A DNA stretch of 64,000 bases from Octopus vulgaris (GCA_951406725.2 OX597838.1:36766001-36830000); one strand, 5' to 3'; positions 1 through 13,119 are shown, numbered from the stretch's first letter. Numbers and translations: made by a program. Notes: a model not told the origin generated them from the sequence alone.

Positions 1-31
1 TCTTGATTTATTGACGAATTAATTCTTCTAA

Positions 32-400
32 TTGTCTGTTTTTATTGCCTTCATTATTACTTTCACCATCAACACTGTCATCATCATCATCATCATCATC
101 ACCACCATCCTCCATAGGCTGATCATCACCACCATCATATCCTTCACCATCATCATCATAACCATCATATCCATCGACATCGTCGCCATCATTATCATTG
201 TTCTTACCACCACCCTCGTTCTCATCATCATATCAATCATCATCATCACCACCATCATCATGACCATCATTATTCCCATTGTAATCCTTCGTTATATGCA
301 AAATCTCAATTACTTTATCATCATCATCACTGTCATCAGAATCCCCCTCCTCCCCCTCCTCCTTCTTCTTCTCCTCCTTCTTCTCCTCATTATCATCGGT
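32..400. repeat. Degenerate (ATC)n/(CTC)n microsatellite region
   Basis: Visible trinucleotide runs; the poly-I and poly-M ORFs here are artefacts. Confidence 0.9.
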
Positions 401-599
401 TCCATTTATCTACCTTCAATATTAATATTCGAAATTGTCAGAGCCATTATCACAACATTAATTTTTCCCTAATAAAGTCGTAATATTTGCATTTCAGCTT
501 GATGGTGGCCTAATTGATTACTTTAACCCTTTTATATGACTGGTACCTTATTTTATCAACTTTGGACGGATGAAAGGCAAAGTTGACTTTGGCAATGTC

Positions 600-901
600 A
601 AATGACGGTTGTTTCTCATAGTCCAAAAAAAGACGGTTCTGAAATTCCTTGCTGAAAAACCTAAGCAATTGATTCGTTTAGAGAGATCAGATGTTTTTAC
701 TGTACATTATCTCATTCCCTTCATCAAATCAACGTTACCTGAACAGGTGCACAGGGCACCTCATCTCAGGTGTTAAAGTGATCATAGAGTAACATGAGAT
801 AAAATGTTTTTACTCAAGTCCACAATACACTAACCAGCCCAGGAATTGAAACTATGATCTCATGATCATCAGTGCCATGCCTTAACCACTGGGCCATGCA
901 C
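600..901 (-). mobile_element. Old tRNA-derived SINE (family G)
   Basis: Minus strand starts with a tRNA-like A box (TGGCCCAGTGGTTAAGG) and B box (GTTTCAATTCC); similar to 2152-2450, 48730-49000 and 54360-54560. Confidence 0.6.
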
Positions 902-1024
902 CCTCTCTCGCATACACATGCATATGTATCTCCTAATATAATAATGAGCGTAGTGTTTTTATATATTTGTATATATATACATATTTGTCCAGAATCATGC
1001 TGGATGCGGAGGAGGAGGAAAAAT

Positions 1025-1136
1025 AGTAATTCAGTGAAGGAGAAGTAGTGAGAGTAATTCAGTGGCGGAGAAGTAGTGAGAGTAATTCAGTGATGGAGAA
1101 GTAGTGAGAGTAATTCAGTGAAGGCGAAGTAGAGAG
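1025..1136 (+). repeat. 28-bp minisatellite, 4 copies (AGTAATTCAGTGAAGGAGAAGTAGTGAG)
   Basis: Four adjacent units starting at 1025, 1053, 1081 and 1109. Confidence 0.9.
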
Positions 1137-1390
1137 AGCCCTGACTGAGAGGGAGTGAGGGAAAGTAATAGCAATGAGAGAATGGAAGGGGTGATAGGGG
1201 AATAAGGAAGGATAAAGTGAAAAAAAATTCAGCATTTCAACTCTGTGTGAGCATATGTGTGTTTGTGTGTGCGTGTACAAATGAAGTATGTGAATGTTTG
1301 TATGTGTGATTATCATGTACCTTATCTATATATAAAATACTACAATTAGCCATCATTATTGACTGCATGTGGTCAGTTATTATATATATA

Positions 1391-1696
1391 TTGTTGTTTG
1401 TTCCTTCTCAAGCCACGCCTGGCTCATAGGGCCGGTTTCCTGGTTTTCTTGACATATAGGTTCCCCACCTTGATGGGATGCTGGTCTGTCGCAGGTGAGC
1501 TGCAAGATGCAGGAGGAAAGAGTGAGAGAAAGTTGTGGCAAAAGAGTCAGCAGAAGTTCACCATTACCTTCTGCCGGAGCCGCGTGGAGCTTAGGTGTTT
1601 CACTCATAAACACACACATCGCCCAGTCTGAGATTCAAACCCGCGATCCCTTGATCACGAGTCCACTGATCTAACCACTAGGCCATGTGCCTCCAC
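1391..1696 (-). mobile_element. tRNA-derived SINE family B (full length)
   Basis: Minus strand GTGGAGGCACATGGCCTAGTGGTTAG A box and GGTTTGAATC B box; second copy at 38771-38983. Confidence 0.85.
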
Positions 1697-1702
1697 AGTA
1701 TA

Positions 1703-2102
1703 TTACTCTTTTACTTGTTTCAGTTATTTGACTGCGGCCATGCTGGAGCACTGCCTTTTAGTCGAGCAAATCGACCCCGGAACTTATTCTTTGTAAGCCC
1801 AGTACTTATTCTATCGGTCTCTTTTGCCGAACCGCTAAGTGACAGTGACGTAAACACACCAGCATCGGTTGTCAAGCAATGCTAGGACAAACACAGAGAC
1901 ACAAACACATACACACACACACATATATATACATATATACGACAGGCTTCTTTCAGTTTCCGTCTACCAAATCCACTCACAAGGCATTGGTCGGCCCGGG
2001 GCTATAGCAGAAGACACTTGCCCAAGATACCACGCAGTGAGACTGAACCCGGAACCATGTGGTTGGTTAGCAAGCTACTTACCATACAGCCACTCCTGCA
2101 CC
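1703..2102 (-). mobile_element. tRNA-derived SINE family A (CORE-like CTTGGGCAAGT motif, internal TA/TG tract)
   Basis: Reverse complement of the copies at 5118, 7239 and 42015; more than 10 copies in the window. Confidence 0.9.
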
Positions 2103-2151
2103 TACCATATATATATTATATATATATATATATTATATATATATAATATAT

Positions 2152-2450
2152 GATGGCAGTCTGTTGTAGTCCGAGAAAGACAGTTCTGAAAGTTCTTGCA
2201 GAACACACCTGCGCAGTTGATTCGTTTATAGAGATCAAATGAATGTGCTGTACATTAGTTCACTGTCTCCATCACATCAACATTTTCTGGACAGGTGTCA
2301 TTGTGTACCATGTGGCAGGTGTCAAAGTGGTCACAGAGCATGTGAGATGAAGTGTTTTGCCCAAGGACACCACACACCCCTGTCTAGGAATTAAAACCGT
2401 GATCTTTCAATTGTGAGTACAACACCCCAGCCCCTAGGCTATGTCGCTCT
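2152..2450 (-). mobile_element. Old SINE family G copy
   Basis: Similar to 600-901. Confidence 0.55.
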
Positions 2451-2684
2451 TAGCATTATCATAATTCAATTGGGAAAGGACCAGAAAAAGCATTGCAAAG
2501 TATTCTAAATCTGTTACCCTAATCATTCTGCTAATCTGTCCCTTTTATCACAATAATCTTTTCCACTATAGACACAATGCCTGTAATTTGCAGCGAGGGA
2601 CTTGCCAATTATATTGACCCAAGGGCTCAGCTGGTACTGTATTTCGTTGACCCTAGAGCATCAAAATGAATGGCTAAGTTGACC

Positions 2685-3140
2685 TTATTTCTTTATTGCC
2701 CTGAAGGGGCTAAACATAAAGAAGACAAACAAGGACAGACAAAGGGATGAAGTCGATTGCATCTACCCCAGTGCGTAACTGGTATTTAATTTATCGACTC
2801 CAAAAGGATGAAAGGCAAAGTCGACCTCAGCGGAATTTGAACTCAGAACGTAATGGTAGACGAAATACCGCTAAGCATTTTGCCTGGTGTGCTGACGTTT
2901 CTGCCAGCTTGCCACCTCAATAATAATAATAATAATCAAAGTAAAAGGTACAGGCAAGGATAGACAAAAGGATTAAATTAATTACATCAACCCCAGTGCA
3001 TAACTGGTATTTATTTAATTGATTCTGAAAGGATGGAAGCAAAATTCAACCTCGGCGGAATTTGAACTCAGAACATAATGGCAGACGAAATACCACCAGG
3101 CATTTTGCACAGCGTACTAACAATTCTGCCAGCTTGCCAC
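2685..3140 (-). mobile_element. Two adjacent SINE family C copies
   Basis: Head GGTGGCAAGCTGGCAGAA and central GCCTTTCATCCTTT..GTCGATAAATTAA motif on the minus strand; copies separated by (TAA)n. Confidence 0.85.
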
Positions 3141-3437
3141 ACAATAATAATAATAATAATCCTTTCTGTTAAAGGAACAAGGCCTGAAACAGTGCGTGAG
3201 TTGCACTTATTTCATGGAGTCCGAATTATCACTTTCATCATCACCGTCATCCTCATCATCATCACCATTATCATCATCGTTTTCATCATTATCACCATCA
3301 TCATCACTATCATCATCATCATCACCATTATCATCATCGTCATCATCACTATCATTGTCATCACTGGCAACAAAATCTGCATTACCACCATGACATTTAA
3401 ACCCCCACCCACCATGCACGCACACACAGACACACAG

Positions 3438-3468
<31 letters not shown>

Positions 3469-3839
3469 CTCTCACCACCACAACCGCCCTTACTTTCCTC
3501 CTCATCACTTCTCCAATCATCCAATCATCATCATCATCATCATCATCATCAACATCTCCAGCATTGTAAAGGAGGTGCTTGTTACGAACATCTGCGTATC
3601 CGACCCTTAAATGTCTCACTGAACCCTATCAGGTTTAAGTGATGAACTATTATATAACTCTTCAGATCAATTACCCACAATGCCTTAATGACTGTCCCCT
3701 TCTCCCACTCTCCCACTCTCCCACTCTCTCCCTCTTTGTCTCTGCAGGTTTCTGTTTACTTATATCTATTTGTCTCTTTAATTAACCATCTATTTATCTA
3801 AATTACCTCTTAATCTAGTTGCACATGTTTACCTCTCTG

Positions 3840-4041
3840 TCAGTCTATCTACCTGTATGTCTGTCTGTTTTTCTGTCTGTCTGTCTATATATCCATCTAT
3901 TTATCTATCTATCTATCTTATCTCTCTCTCTATCTATCAATCTATCTATCTATCTATCTTATCTCTCTCTCTATCTATCAATCTATCTATCTATATATCC
4001 ATCTATCCCTCTATTTATCTATGTGTCTGTCTATCTGTCTG

Positions 4042-4107
<66 letters not shown>

Positions 4108-4147
4108 CATCAATCTATCTCTGTCTGTCTGTCCATCTATCTATCTA

Positions 4148-4180
<33 letters not shown>

Positions 4181-4197
4181 ATGTATGTATGTATGTA

Positions 4198-4242
<45 letters not shown>

Positions 4243-4326
4243 GCCTGTCTGTCTGTCTGTCTATCAATCTATCCGTCCATCCATCCATCCATCCATCCAT
4301 CCATCCATCCATCCATCCATCCATCC

Positions 4327-4365
<39 letters not shown>

Positions 4366-4400
4366 CATCCATCCATCCATCCATCCATCTATCTATCTAT
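3840..4400. repeat. Compound tetranucleotide microsatellite (TCTA/TCTG/TGTA/TCCA)n
   Basis: Directly visible. Confidence 0.95.
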
Positions 4401-4572
4401 CTTGGAGAAATTTTGAACCTGGGTTCTCATTCTTAAGGTATCTTTTGATGTTGGTGTTGTTGTTGTTGTTATTATTATTATTATTATTGTTATTATTCAG
4501 GTTACTACCTAGAATCAAACGGGGAATCTTGGGGTTAAGAATGCAGGCTACTAACCCCAAGATTCCAAGGGA

Positions 4573-4603
<31 letters not shown>

Positions 4604-4785
4604 GATAGCAACATCATTGAAAAATACCTCAGGAATGAGAACCCAGGTTTGAAATTTCCCCAAGACACCTGATGAAGGCTGGTGGGTATTTCAACCAAAA
4701 CGTTGTGTTCACAACAAAGAAAATGAGGACAAATATCCGTCAATTGTAAACAATGTACATAATTCCTCATCTCTTAAATATAGAA
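4401..4785 (+). mobile_element. Fold-back non-autonomous element with tRNA-like segment and hammerhead motif (Penelope-like pLTR type)
   Basis: Inverted arms about 4401-4536 and 4552-4664; CTGATGA motif at 4669; same family at 10385-10600 on the minus strand. Confidence 0.65.
4665..4708 (+). ncRNA. Degenerate minimal type-I hammerhead ribozyme (G12 mutated)
   Basis: ACAC-CTGATGA-A-GGCTG..CAACC-AAA-ACGT-T-GTGT; stem I ACAC/GTGT; GAA reads AAA in this copy. Confidence 0.55.
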
Positions 4786-5117
4786 CACAAGAACATCCTG
4801 TTTTTGATGTTAAACTTGAATGTGGCTGAGCACTCCACAGACATGCATATCTTTCGATGTAATTCTCAGAGAGATTTAGCATGGCACAGTGAATGTGACA
4901 AAGTTGGTCCCTTAGAAAAACAGCTACAACTAATTTTTGCCAGCTGCATGGATTGGAAGAGCATGAAATAAAGATTCTTGCTCAAGGATGCAATGCACTG
5001 TGAGGAACTGAACTTACGACCTTACAACCACGAAGGACTAAATACAGGCTCGATAAGCTACTTCTAGTAAAACTCTGAAATTAACTGATGATGTTCTTAT
5101 AAACAAGACAGGAACAT

Positions 5118-5520
5118 GGCGCAGGAGTGGCTGTGTGGTAAGTAGCTTGTTTACTAACCACATGGTTCCGGGTTTAGTCCCACTGCGTGGCACCTTGGGC
5201 AAATGTCTTCTATAGCCTCGGGCCGACCAAAGCCTTGTGAGTGGATTTGGTAGACGGAAACTGAAAGAAGCCCGTCGTATATATGTATATATATATATAT
5301 ATGCGTGTGTGTGTTTGTGTGTCTGTGTTTGTCCCCTTAGCATTGTTTGACAACCGATGCTGGTGTGTTTATGTCCCCGTTACTTAGCGGTTTGGCAAAA
5401 GAGACTGATAGAATAAGTACTGGGCTTACAAAAGAATAAGTCCTGGGGTTGAGTTGCTCGATTAAAGGTGGTGCTCCAGCATGGCCACAGTCAAATGACT
5501 GAAACAAGTAAAAGAGAGTA
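5118..5520 (+). mobile_element. SINE family A, full length
   Basis: GGCGCAGGAGTGGCTGTGTGGTAAG head through GAAACAAGTAAAAGAG tail. Confidence 0.92.
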
Positions 5521-5738
5521 TGTCCATGCGCACGCGTGTGTGCGTGTGCTTTTATTAGTCTATTCAGGAGATCAGGCTAATTCTGAATGCAATTAAGCTA
5601 AATTAGATCTGATTAGCTTGGACTTGTGTTCCAATTGTTTCTCAAAATTCTGTTTGTTCTCCCAAGGAGTCATAATCCAGTATTTATTTTGAACAAGACT
5701 GCACGCACACACACACACATACATATATACATACATAT

Positions 5739-5783
<45 letters not shown>

Positions 5784-5792
5784 CATACATAT

Positions 5793-5835
<43 letters not shown>

Positions 5836-6459
5836 CATGCCTACATACATATAGATAGATGGTTGGATAGATATGTGTATATATGTATATATATGTATGT
5901 CTGTGTGTGTATTATATATATATATATATATATGGATAGAGAGAGATTTAATTAATTTGTGTTGGTCTGTGTTGTGTTACAAACACATACGCATTCACTC
6001 AATGCATACACACACACACACACACACAATGCATATACATGTCACCTTGCCACTGATACATACACATCCATGCATTTGTTTCTGTTTGTGTTTCCATGGA
6101 TACGTATAAGCTGCATTATTCATTCTTCGGACATACAGGTCGGAGAAAGTTTAGTACATAGGGTAGGATGACAGTGGTGGTGGTGGCGGTGGTGGTAGCA
6201 ATGGTGCCGGCAGGATTCAATTAGCATTGGTGGTGGTGGCGGTGGTAGGTGTGGTGGTAGTGTTGGTGGTGGTGTTGGTGACGGTGGTGGTGGTGTGGTG
6301 GTGGTAGTTGTGGTGGTGGTGGTGGTGGTTGTGGTGTTAGTGGAGGCCAGACAGTAGAATATATTTTTATCTCTGTCTCTGTCCTGGTTGGTGGTAGATT
6401 AGTCTGTCTTTTGTAAAAGCTGAGAGTATAAGATTGTGGTGGAGAGAGAAGTAAATAGA

Positions 6460-6490
<31 letters not shown>

Positions 6491-6648
6491 TGAAACAGAC
6501 AGACAGAGAGACAATTAAGCGATGACCTGAAAGGAATAAGAGATGAGGAGATAAAAACCTGATAGAGAGGCTGAGGGGTTTGGGTTGGCGGAAATATATG
6601 GTCAGTTCAGTTATAATTTATAATCAAAGGTCTTCAAATTATCCCTGG

Positions 6649-6695
<47 letters not shown>

Positions 6696-6732
6696 GTGTG
6701 TGTGTGTGTGTGTATATACATATATCTATATT

Positions 6733-6870
6733 TCTTTACTACCCGCAAGGGGACAAACAAGGACAGAGAAAGGGATTAAGTCGATTACATCAACTCCAGT
6801 GTGTAACTGGTACTTAATTTATCGACCCCGAAAGGATGAAAGGCAAAGTCGACCTCGGCGGAATTTGAAC
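6733..6870 (-). mobile_element. SINE family C fragment
   Basis: CCCCGAAAGGATGAAAGGCAAAGTCGACCTCGGCGGAATTTGAAC. Confidence 0.85.
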
Positions 6871-6883
6871 ATATATATAGAAA

Positions 6884-7222
6884 GGGTGAAGACCTCCTTC
6901 AGGCATGAATGACAAATGGATCGCACCTAGAAAGTTCCTCTCAGAGGTACAAGTCCAGGCAAGGTTGTTTATGGAAGACCAGAATTCGCCCATGCATAAC
7001 CGTCCTTCATTCTCCATGCCACCAATGTTATCGAAAAGGAAATCAAAGGCTGATACAGCTTGGCACCAAGGACATCACAACTCATTTCTACAGCTGAATG
7101 AACTGGAGCAACATGAAATAAAATGTCTTGCTCAAGAACACAACACACATCCTGGTCTGGGAATTGAACTGACTACCTCATGATTGTGAGTTTGATGCTC
7201 TAACCACTGAGCCATACACCTT
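6884..7222 (-). mobile_element. tRNA-derived SINE family E
   Basis: Minus strand TGGCTCAGTGGTTAGAGC A box, GTTCAATTCCC B box and GTGTTCTTGAGCAAGAC; second copy at 11467-11780. Confidence 0.75.
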
Positions 7223-7238
7223 CACCATATATATATAT

Positions 7239-7401
7239 AGTGGCTGTGTGGTAAGTAGCTTGCTAACCTACCACATGGTTCCAGGTTCAGTCCCACTGCG
7301 TGGCATCTTGGGCGAGTGTCTTCTGCTATAGCCCCGGGCCGACCAATGCCTTGTGAGAGGATTTGGTAGACGGAAACTGAAAGAAGCCTGTTGTATATAT
7401 G

Positions 7402-7448
<47 letters not shown>

Positions 7449-7670
7449 GTGTGTGTGTTTGTGTGTCTGTGTTTGTCCCCCTAGCATTGCTTGACAACCG
7501 ATGCTGGTGTGTTTACGTCCCCGTCACTTAGCGGTTTGGCAAAAGAGAGCCCGATAGAATAAGTACTGGGCTTACAAAGAATAAGTCCCGGGGTCGATTT
7601 GCTCGACTAAAGGCGGTGCTCCAGCATGGCCGCAGTCAAATGACTGAAACAAGTAAAAGAGAAAGAGAGA
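7239..7670 (+). mobile_element. SINE family A
   Basis: Matches the 5118 copy. Confidence 0.92.
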
Positions 7671-7966
7671 GAAATATTGGACTCCTCCAACTCTTTCCAA
7701 ATCCTCTGTGCTGTCTTCAGACTGACACCCAGAGACTCAGAAATGTTTGTATTGGAGCTTTTGGCATGAATGCCAAGCAGTACAGCATATCACTTCCAAA
7801 TTCTGGCAGAATGAATTGTGGCATGGTGCTGTTTTGCTCAGAGATGGTGCCCAACTGACCCTACTATACTGTGTAGTTGACAAAATCCAAATCAAGCAAT
7901 GTGCATACATGAAATTAGAAATATAATATGGTGACAATTACACATCACACTTTGTATATATATATA

Positions 7967-8345
7967 TCTATATAAACGGCAGTTTGTCTGTGTGTGTTTC
8001 TGTGTGTCTGTTTGGTTGTACCCTCACCCTGACCACGGCTTTCAACCGATTCTGATGAAACTTGACACACACATAGCCCAATGTCATAATTCAAAACTAA
8101 CGCAGCGAAAATTTTGAAAAGTTCCCCCAGTTCTGAAAAAAATCGATAAATTCGACATGGGGTCGAGAATCAGAAACACAAACCACAGACTGTCTAGGGG
8201 ACGCAACTCAACCTTTTTAACTCTCAAAAAAAAATTTACCATCATTTTTTTTCCATTTTTTTGCTATTTTTTGGCTATAACTCTCTAAAAATGCTTTATA
8301 GTTATTTCCCTTACAAACCTGAGCAACGCCGGGCGATACTGCTAG
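7967..8345 (+). mobile_element. Non-autonomous Helitron-type element
   Basis: 5' A|TC, 3' CTAG|T, subterminal hairpin CCTG-AGCAACGC-CGGG; 3' end shared with 29167-29476. Confidence 0.75.
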
Positions 8346-9083
8346 TATATATATATAGACATATATTTATGTATATATATGTATATGTATGTGTGTATAT
8401 ATATATATATATATGTCTATATGTATGCGTATATATATATATGTCTATAAGTATGTATATATTTATATATATGTATATATATATATGTATGTATATATTT
8501 ATATTGTTTTTTGTATTTATATTCGTGTAACATCGTCCATTTTTCTGTCCTTGTTTCGTATACATTCGATCCTTTTTCCAAGAAATCTAATGCTTGTAGC
8601 TTAGTTTTTCCTTGGAGCTGGCCAGATCGGAGCAATCTCAAGATTAATCAGCCGAAATTGCGAGGATCATCTGGTTCTTGACTGAAGATTGGAGGCTTCG
8701 AATGACCCGTCCGTTTTTTGTATCATCTATTTGAATGTTTTGCGTTCTTTTCCCATTTTGTATTTTTTATATATTTTTTATACATATATGTATATATATA
8801 TGTATATATATATGTGTGTGTATATATACATATGTATGTATATATTTATGTGTGTATACATATATATGTATGTATATATATGTATGAATATATATGTGTG
8901 TATGTATATTTATATATATATATTCATATATATACACTCAGACAGGTAGGTACAGCAAAGCAAAACAATATGGAAAATATAGCACTCGAATACTGAGTCT
9001 CCATACAGTTTCTATCAAATCTGCTCACAAAGCAGTAGTTGGCCCAGGGCTATTCTAGAAGACACTTTCAAAATGTTCCTTCA

Positions 9084-9557
9084 TCATCATCATTGTTCGA
9101 CCGTCGTCGAGACAATGGAATTTACCCTGCTACGCCAGATTTCACGGTCCATCATGGCATTACAGAGGTCCTGTTGCTGGATGCCTGTATTCCTGGAGAT
9201 CACATCAGGGTAGGAGAGTGTGCGCCCTCTGGCATTGCGAGTAGATGGCTTCCAGAGGAGAAGAGTAGAAATTACCTCGTTTTCAGCTCTACCACAATGT
9301 CCAGCAAACTGGACTCTCCTACCTTTCACAAGAGATGACACAGGTGGTAGCTTACCATATATTTGCATTTTGGTTGGATGGCGCCTCCACGAGAGATTTT
9401 GAGCTCTCATAAGGAGGCGAGTGTAGGTTCCATCCAACCACCTCTCAAGCTTCTTTGATAATGTCCAGGTTTCTAAGCAATATAGTAGAATTAGTTCGAC
9501 TTTGGCTTTGAAGATTTCAAGTTTGAAGTCTCAACTTAGATTTGATGACCAGATCTT
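9084..9557 (-). mobile_element. 5'-truncated RTE/RTE-X LINE 3' end
   Basis: LDGTYTRLLMRAQNLSW...RRVQFAGHC...MMDREIWRS C-terminus typical of RTE clades; (GAT)n tail. Confidence 0.85.
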
Positions 9558-9890
9558 ATGTTCCCTGGAGTGGAACTGAACTCCAAACCATGCTGTTGTA
9601 AAGTGAGCTTGTTAACCACACAGCCATGCATGCCTCTCTAGCTCCCTTTCTCTTGTCATCATCTAAGTTTGGTCCTTTTGTTGTGATGGTGGTGTCGCTG
9701 GTGGTGGTCACTATCTCACTCTCCATATATTTGAAGCAAGAAGCCATTACTGAGGACACGTGAGAAGAAGCCATTAATTTCTAGTTGTTTCAAGTGAAAT
9801 AAATTAAATAAATAAACGAATAAATTAAAACAAATAATCATGCATTCCCTTCTCCCACTACTACACACATCCCCGGTTCTGAACAGGCAT

Positions 9891-9933
<43 letters not shown>

Positions 9934-10334
9934 TGTACCCACACACACATATATACATGCATACATACAGAAAAAGGTATTATTTACTTTTTTTCTTCAC
10001 AAGGCGTTTTTTCTTAATTTTTGTAATAGAATATCAAATTAATATATTTTTTGTCTTTGTTTATTTTCAATTTGTCCACGTCAACAGAACCATCATCATC
10101 ATCATCATCATCATTAACATCACACACATACAAATGTCTTTGTATGTATGGATGGATGTCTGTATATATATATATATATACATACGTGTACAATACAACG
10201 AGAACACAGAAAGGACAAGCTTCAACAAAGGCTGTATTAGTTTAATACCTAACAAGATGGGAGGGAGTCTTGATATATTGAAAAATTAGTCCTTCATGAA
10301 AATAAAGCTCTAACAAACAAAAATAAAACTAATA

Positions 10335-10384
<50 letters not shown>

Positions 10385-10389
<5 letters not shown>

Positions 10390-10532
10390 TACATTTGGCA
10401 GATATTTGTCCTCATCTTGTTTGTTGTTAACACAATGTTTCAGCTGATATACCCTCCAGCCTTCATCAGGTGTCATGGGGAAATTTCGAACCTGGGTTCT
10501 CATTTCTAAAGTATTTTTCAATGTTGTTGTTG

Positions 10533-10597
<65 letters not shown>

Positions 10598-10600
10598 GTC
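10385..10600 (-). mobile_element. Hammerhead-bearing short element (same family as 4401-4785)
   Basis: Shared GAATGAGAACCCAGGTTCGAAATTTCCCC..ACACCTGATGAAGGCTG sequence and (TAA)n segment. Confidence 0.7.
10430..10473 (-). ncRNA. Minimal type-I hammerhead ribozyme
   Basis: ACAC-CTGATGA-A-GGCTG-loop-CAGCT-GAA-ACAT-T-GTGT; stem III palindrome ACGT decayed to ACAT. Confidence 0.65.
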
Positions 10601-10643
10601 TTAAATATAGAACTTTATTATATACATACATATATATATATAT

Positions 10644-10862
10644 AACAGGAAGGTTTACGAAAATAAACAAAAGACGAAGGCAGGTGGAGTACAAACAAAC
10701 AAATGTATTAGTATGGCACTCAGGAATAGAAACAGAAAAAGTCTTTTACGTTTCGAGCCTACGCTCTTCGACAGAAAGATACACAGAAAAAAACAAGGAG
10801 AGAAATAAGGAGAGAAAAAAAAGAGAGAAAAAAAGGAGAGATAAAAATGCGTGCAGGAGCTA
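10644..10862 (-). mobile_element. Short hammerhead-bearing element inserted in (TA)n
   Basis: Homologous copies at 32430-32640 and 54044-54218, all flanked by TA repeats. Confidence 0.7.
10742..10779 (-). ncRNA. Minimal hammerhead, A6U core variant
   Basis: TCTTT-CTGTCGA-A-GAGC-GTAG-GCTC-GAA-ACGT-A-AAAGA; perfect stems I and II and palindromic stem III. Confidence 0.7.
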
Positions 10863-10965
10863 ATATATATACATAGTTAATCAAAACATGAACAAAAAGA
10901 AAACATGAGGATGTGGAACCTGTATAGTGTTATTGGATGCTCAGGAAAGGAAAGAAAAAAAGGAG

Positions 10966-11000
10966 GATATAATGTTTCAAGCAGAGCTCTTCGTCAGAAT
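10966..11000 (-). ncRNA. Degenerate minimal hammerhead
   Basis: CTGACGA-A-GAGC-TCT-GCTT-GAA-ACAT-T; stem I is weak. Confidence 0.45.
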
Positions 11001-11064
11001 TATAGAAATATAGAAAAAGGCCCAGGAAGGGAAGATGGAGAAAGAAAATCACCAACGATATACA

Positions 11065-11460
11065 TGTGAAGCCAATTGAAACTATAGTTGTGACCATGAT
11101 CAGTGTCACCTAACTGGTGCCCATGCTGGTGGCTCGTATTGCACGTTTTGGGTATCTGGCCCCATGGAGGTTGTGACAGATGACCAAGACCTTTGGCTGT
11201 ATGCCGTGCTTGAGAAGAAGACCCTTGAAGCCAAGTGAAATTGTGATCATGGCAGATATTGGTTTCACACAACTGGCACCCATGCTGGTGACATGTAAAT
11301 GCACCCATTACACTCTGGAGTGGTTGGCATTAGGAAGGGCATCCAGCTGTAGAAACCATGCCAAATCAGACTGGAGTCTGGTGTAGCCCCTCGCCTTACC
11401 AGCCCTTGTCAAACTCATGCCAGCATGGACAACAGGCTTTAAAGGATGATGAAAATGATG
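11065..11460 (+). mobile_element. SINE family D (GGAAGGGCATCCAGCTGTAGAAAC motif, GAT tail)
   Basis: Motif shared with about 10 other copies in the window. Confidence 0.75.
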
Positions 11461-11466
11461 TAAATT

Positions 11467-11780
11467 GGGGGAATACCCCCTTCAGTCATGAACGACCATA
11501 GGATTGCACCTAGAAGGTTCCCCTCTAAGGCACAAATCTGGGAAAGGTTGTTTATGGAAGATCAGCAGTCATCCATGCATACCAGCCTCCCCTCTCCGTG
11601 CCACCGATGTGATCCATGGAAATGTCTAAGGCTGATACAGCTTGACACCAGAGACTTCACAGATCATTTCTACAGCTGAGTGAACTGGAGCAATGTAAAA
11701 TAAAGTGTCTTGCTTAAGAACAACATACACAGCCAAGTCCAAGAATCGAACTCCATACCTCGTGATCGTGAACCCAACAC
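11467..11780 (-). mobile_element. SINE family E
   Basis: Similar to 6884-7222. Confidence 0.7.
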
Positions 11781-12961
11781 TATGGCTTAGCTGGCCGAAA
11801 CTCTGAAGTCACTATCAACAACATTCTTGTATAAAAATAATAAATTTGTGTTCTGCAAAAGTATAGAATAACCACTCAGGTTAATGTAAAATTGTGTTTA
11901 TATTCTAACAACACAAAACAATATATTAATATATATGAATGTATGTATCAAGACATATATATATATATATATGTTCAAAAAAATGCATGTATATATATAT
12001 ATATATATATGTTCAAAACCTTAAGCCAATACCAAATATGCTATCTTTAATAAAATAGTGTGTTCACACTAGTGTTCATACACACTCACACGCTCATGTA
12101 TGTATATTAAACCATTGATATCCAGATGTTGAATGTGAAGTAGAGATTCCACTCATTTATTATTACCATTTTTTAAAAACATTTTTTCTTTATTCCTTCT
12201 TTGTTTTATCTACCCCCATCCTCTCTCTCTCGCTCTCCCTCTCTTTTTCTTTCTCTCCTTCTATCTCGTTTTTTTTTCTTCTTCTTTTATCAAACAATCC
12301 AATAATGAGAGAAGCTCTTCAAGCCATTTCTTCGTTCCTCGAAGAATCCATACCATTATTATTGCCGTCTATTTTCATTATTATTGACCTCATTTATTAT
12401 TATTATCATCATCATCATCATCATCATTATTATTATTGTTATCATTATTATTATTATTATTATTACTATCGTTATTGTTATCATCGTTGTTGTTCAGGTT
12501 GTTGTTAATATTATTTTAACATTTTTCAAATATATTATTACGTGAATAATCCGTGTTCATTTCTATCCTCTTGTGGTAATGGTGGTGTTTGTAGCAGTAG
12601 TGGTAGCACTAATATTAGTAGTAGTAGTATTAGTGTGGTAGTATTAGTAGTAGTAGTTGTAGTAGTAGTGTCTATTTTAAAGTTTTTCTATAATTCTGTC
12701 CTTGTGTTTTTTTAAAATTTTGTTTGATGTTTATTGCATTGCTATTGTTTGATTTTTCGTTTCATTATTGTTTTTTTGCATTACCCCTGCTCCACCTCCT
12801 CTCCTTCCTCTTCGTTATTTATCACTCTCCTTTCTTTCTGTCTCTCTTTCTTCCTTTCCCTCCTTCTTTACTCATTCAGGAGTAGGAAGACTTAGCAAAA
12901 ATCCTTTGTCTTTGGCCCAATAACACCTTGCAAAAGACTTTTATTCTGCACTGACTGTGTG

Positions 12962-12962
<1 letters not shown>

Positions 12963-12997
<35 letters not shown>

Positions 12998-13085
12998 GTA
13001 TGTATATATATATATGTATGTATATATATATATATATATGTATGTATATATATATATATGTATGTATATATATATATGTATGTAT

Positions 13086-13119
<34 letters not shown>

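Noticed and set aside
8052-8062. CTGATGAAAC resembling a hammerhead core
   Set aside because: No stem II between CTGATGA and GAAA; it lies inside a Helitron-type element.
12880-12957. Pyrimidine tract plus CAG followed by a unique island
   Set aside because: Stop codons in all three frames and only a weak donor. It cannot be supported as a coding exon.
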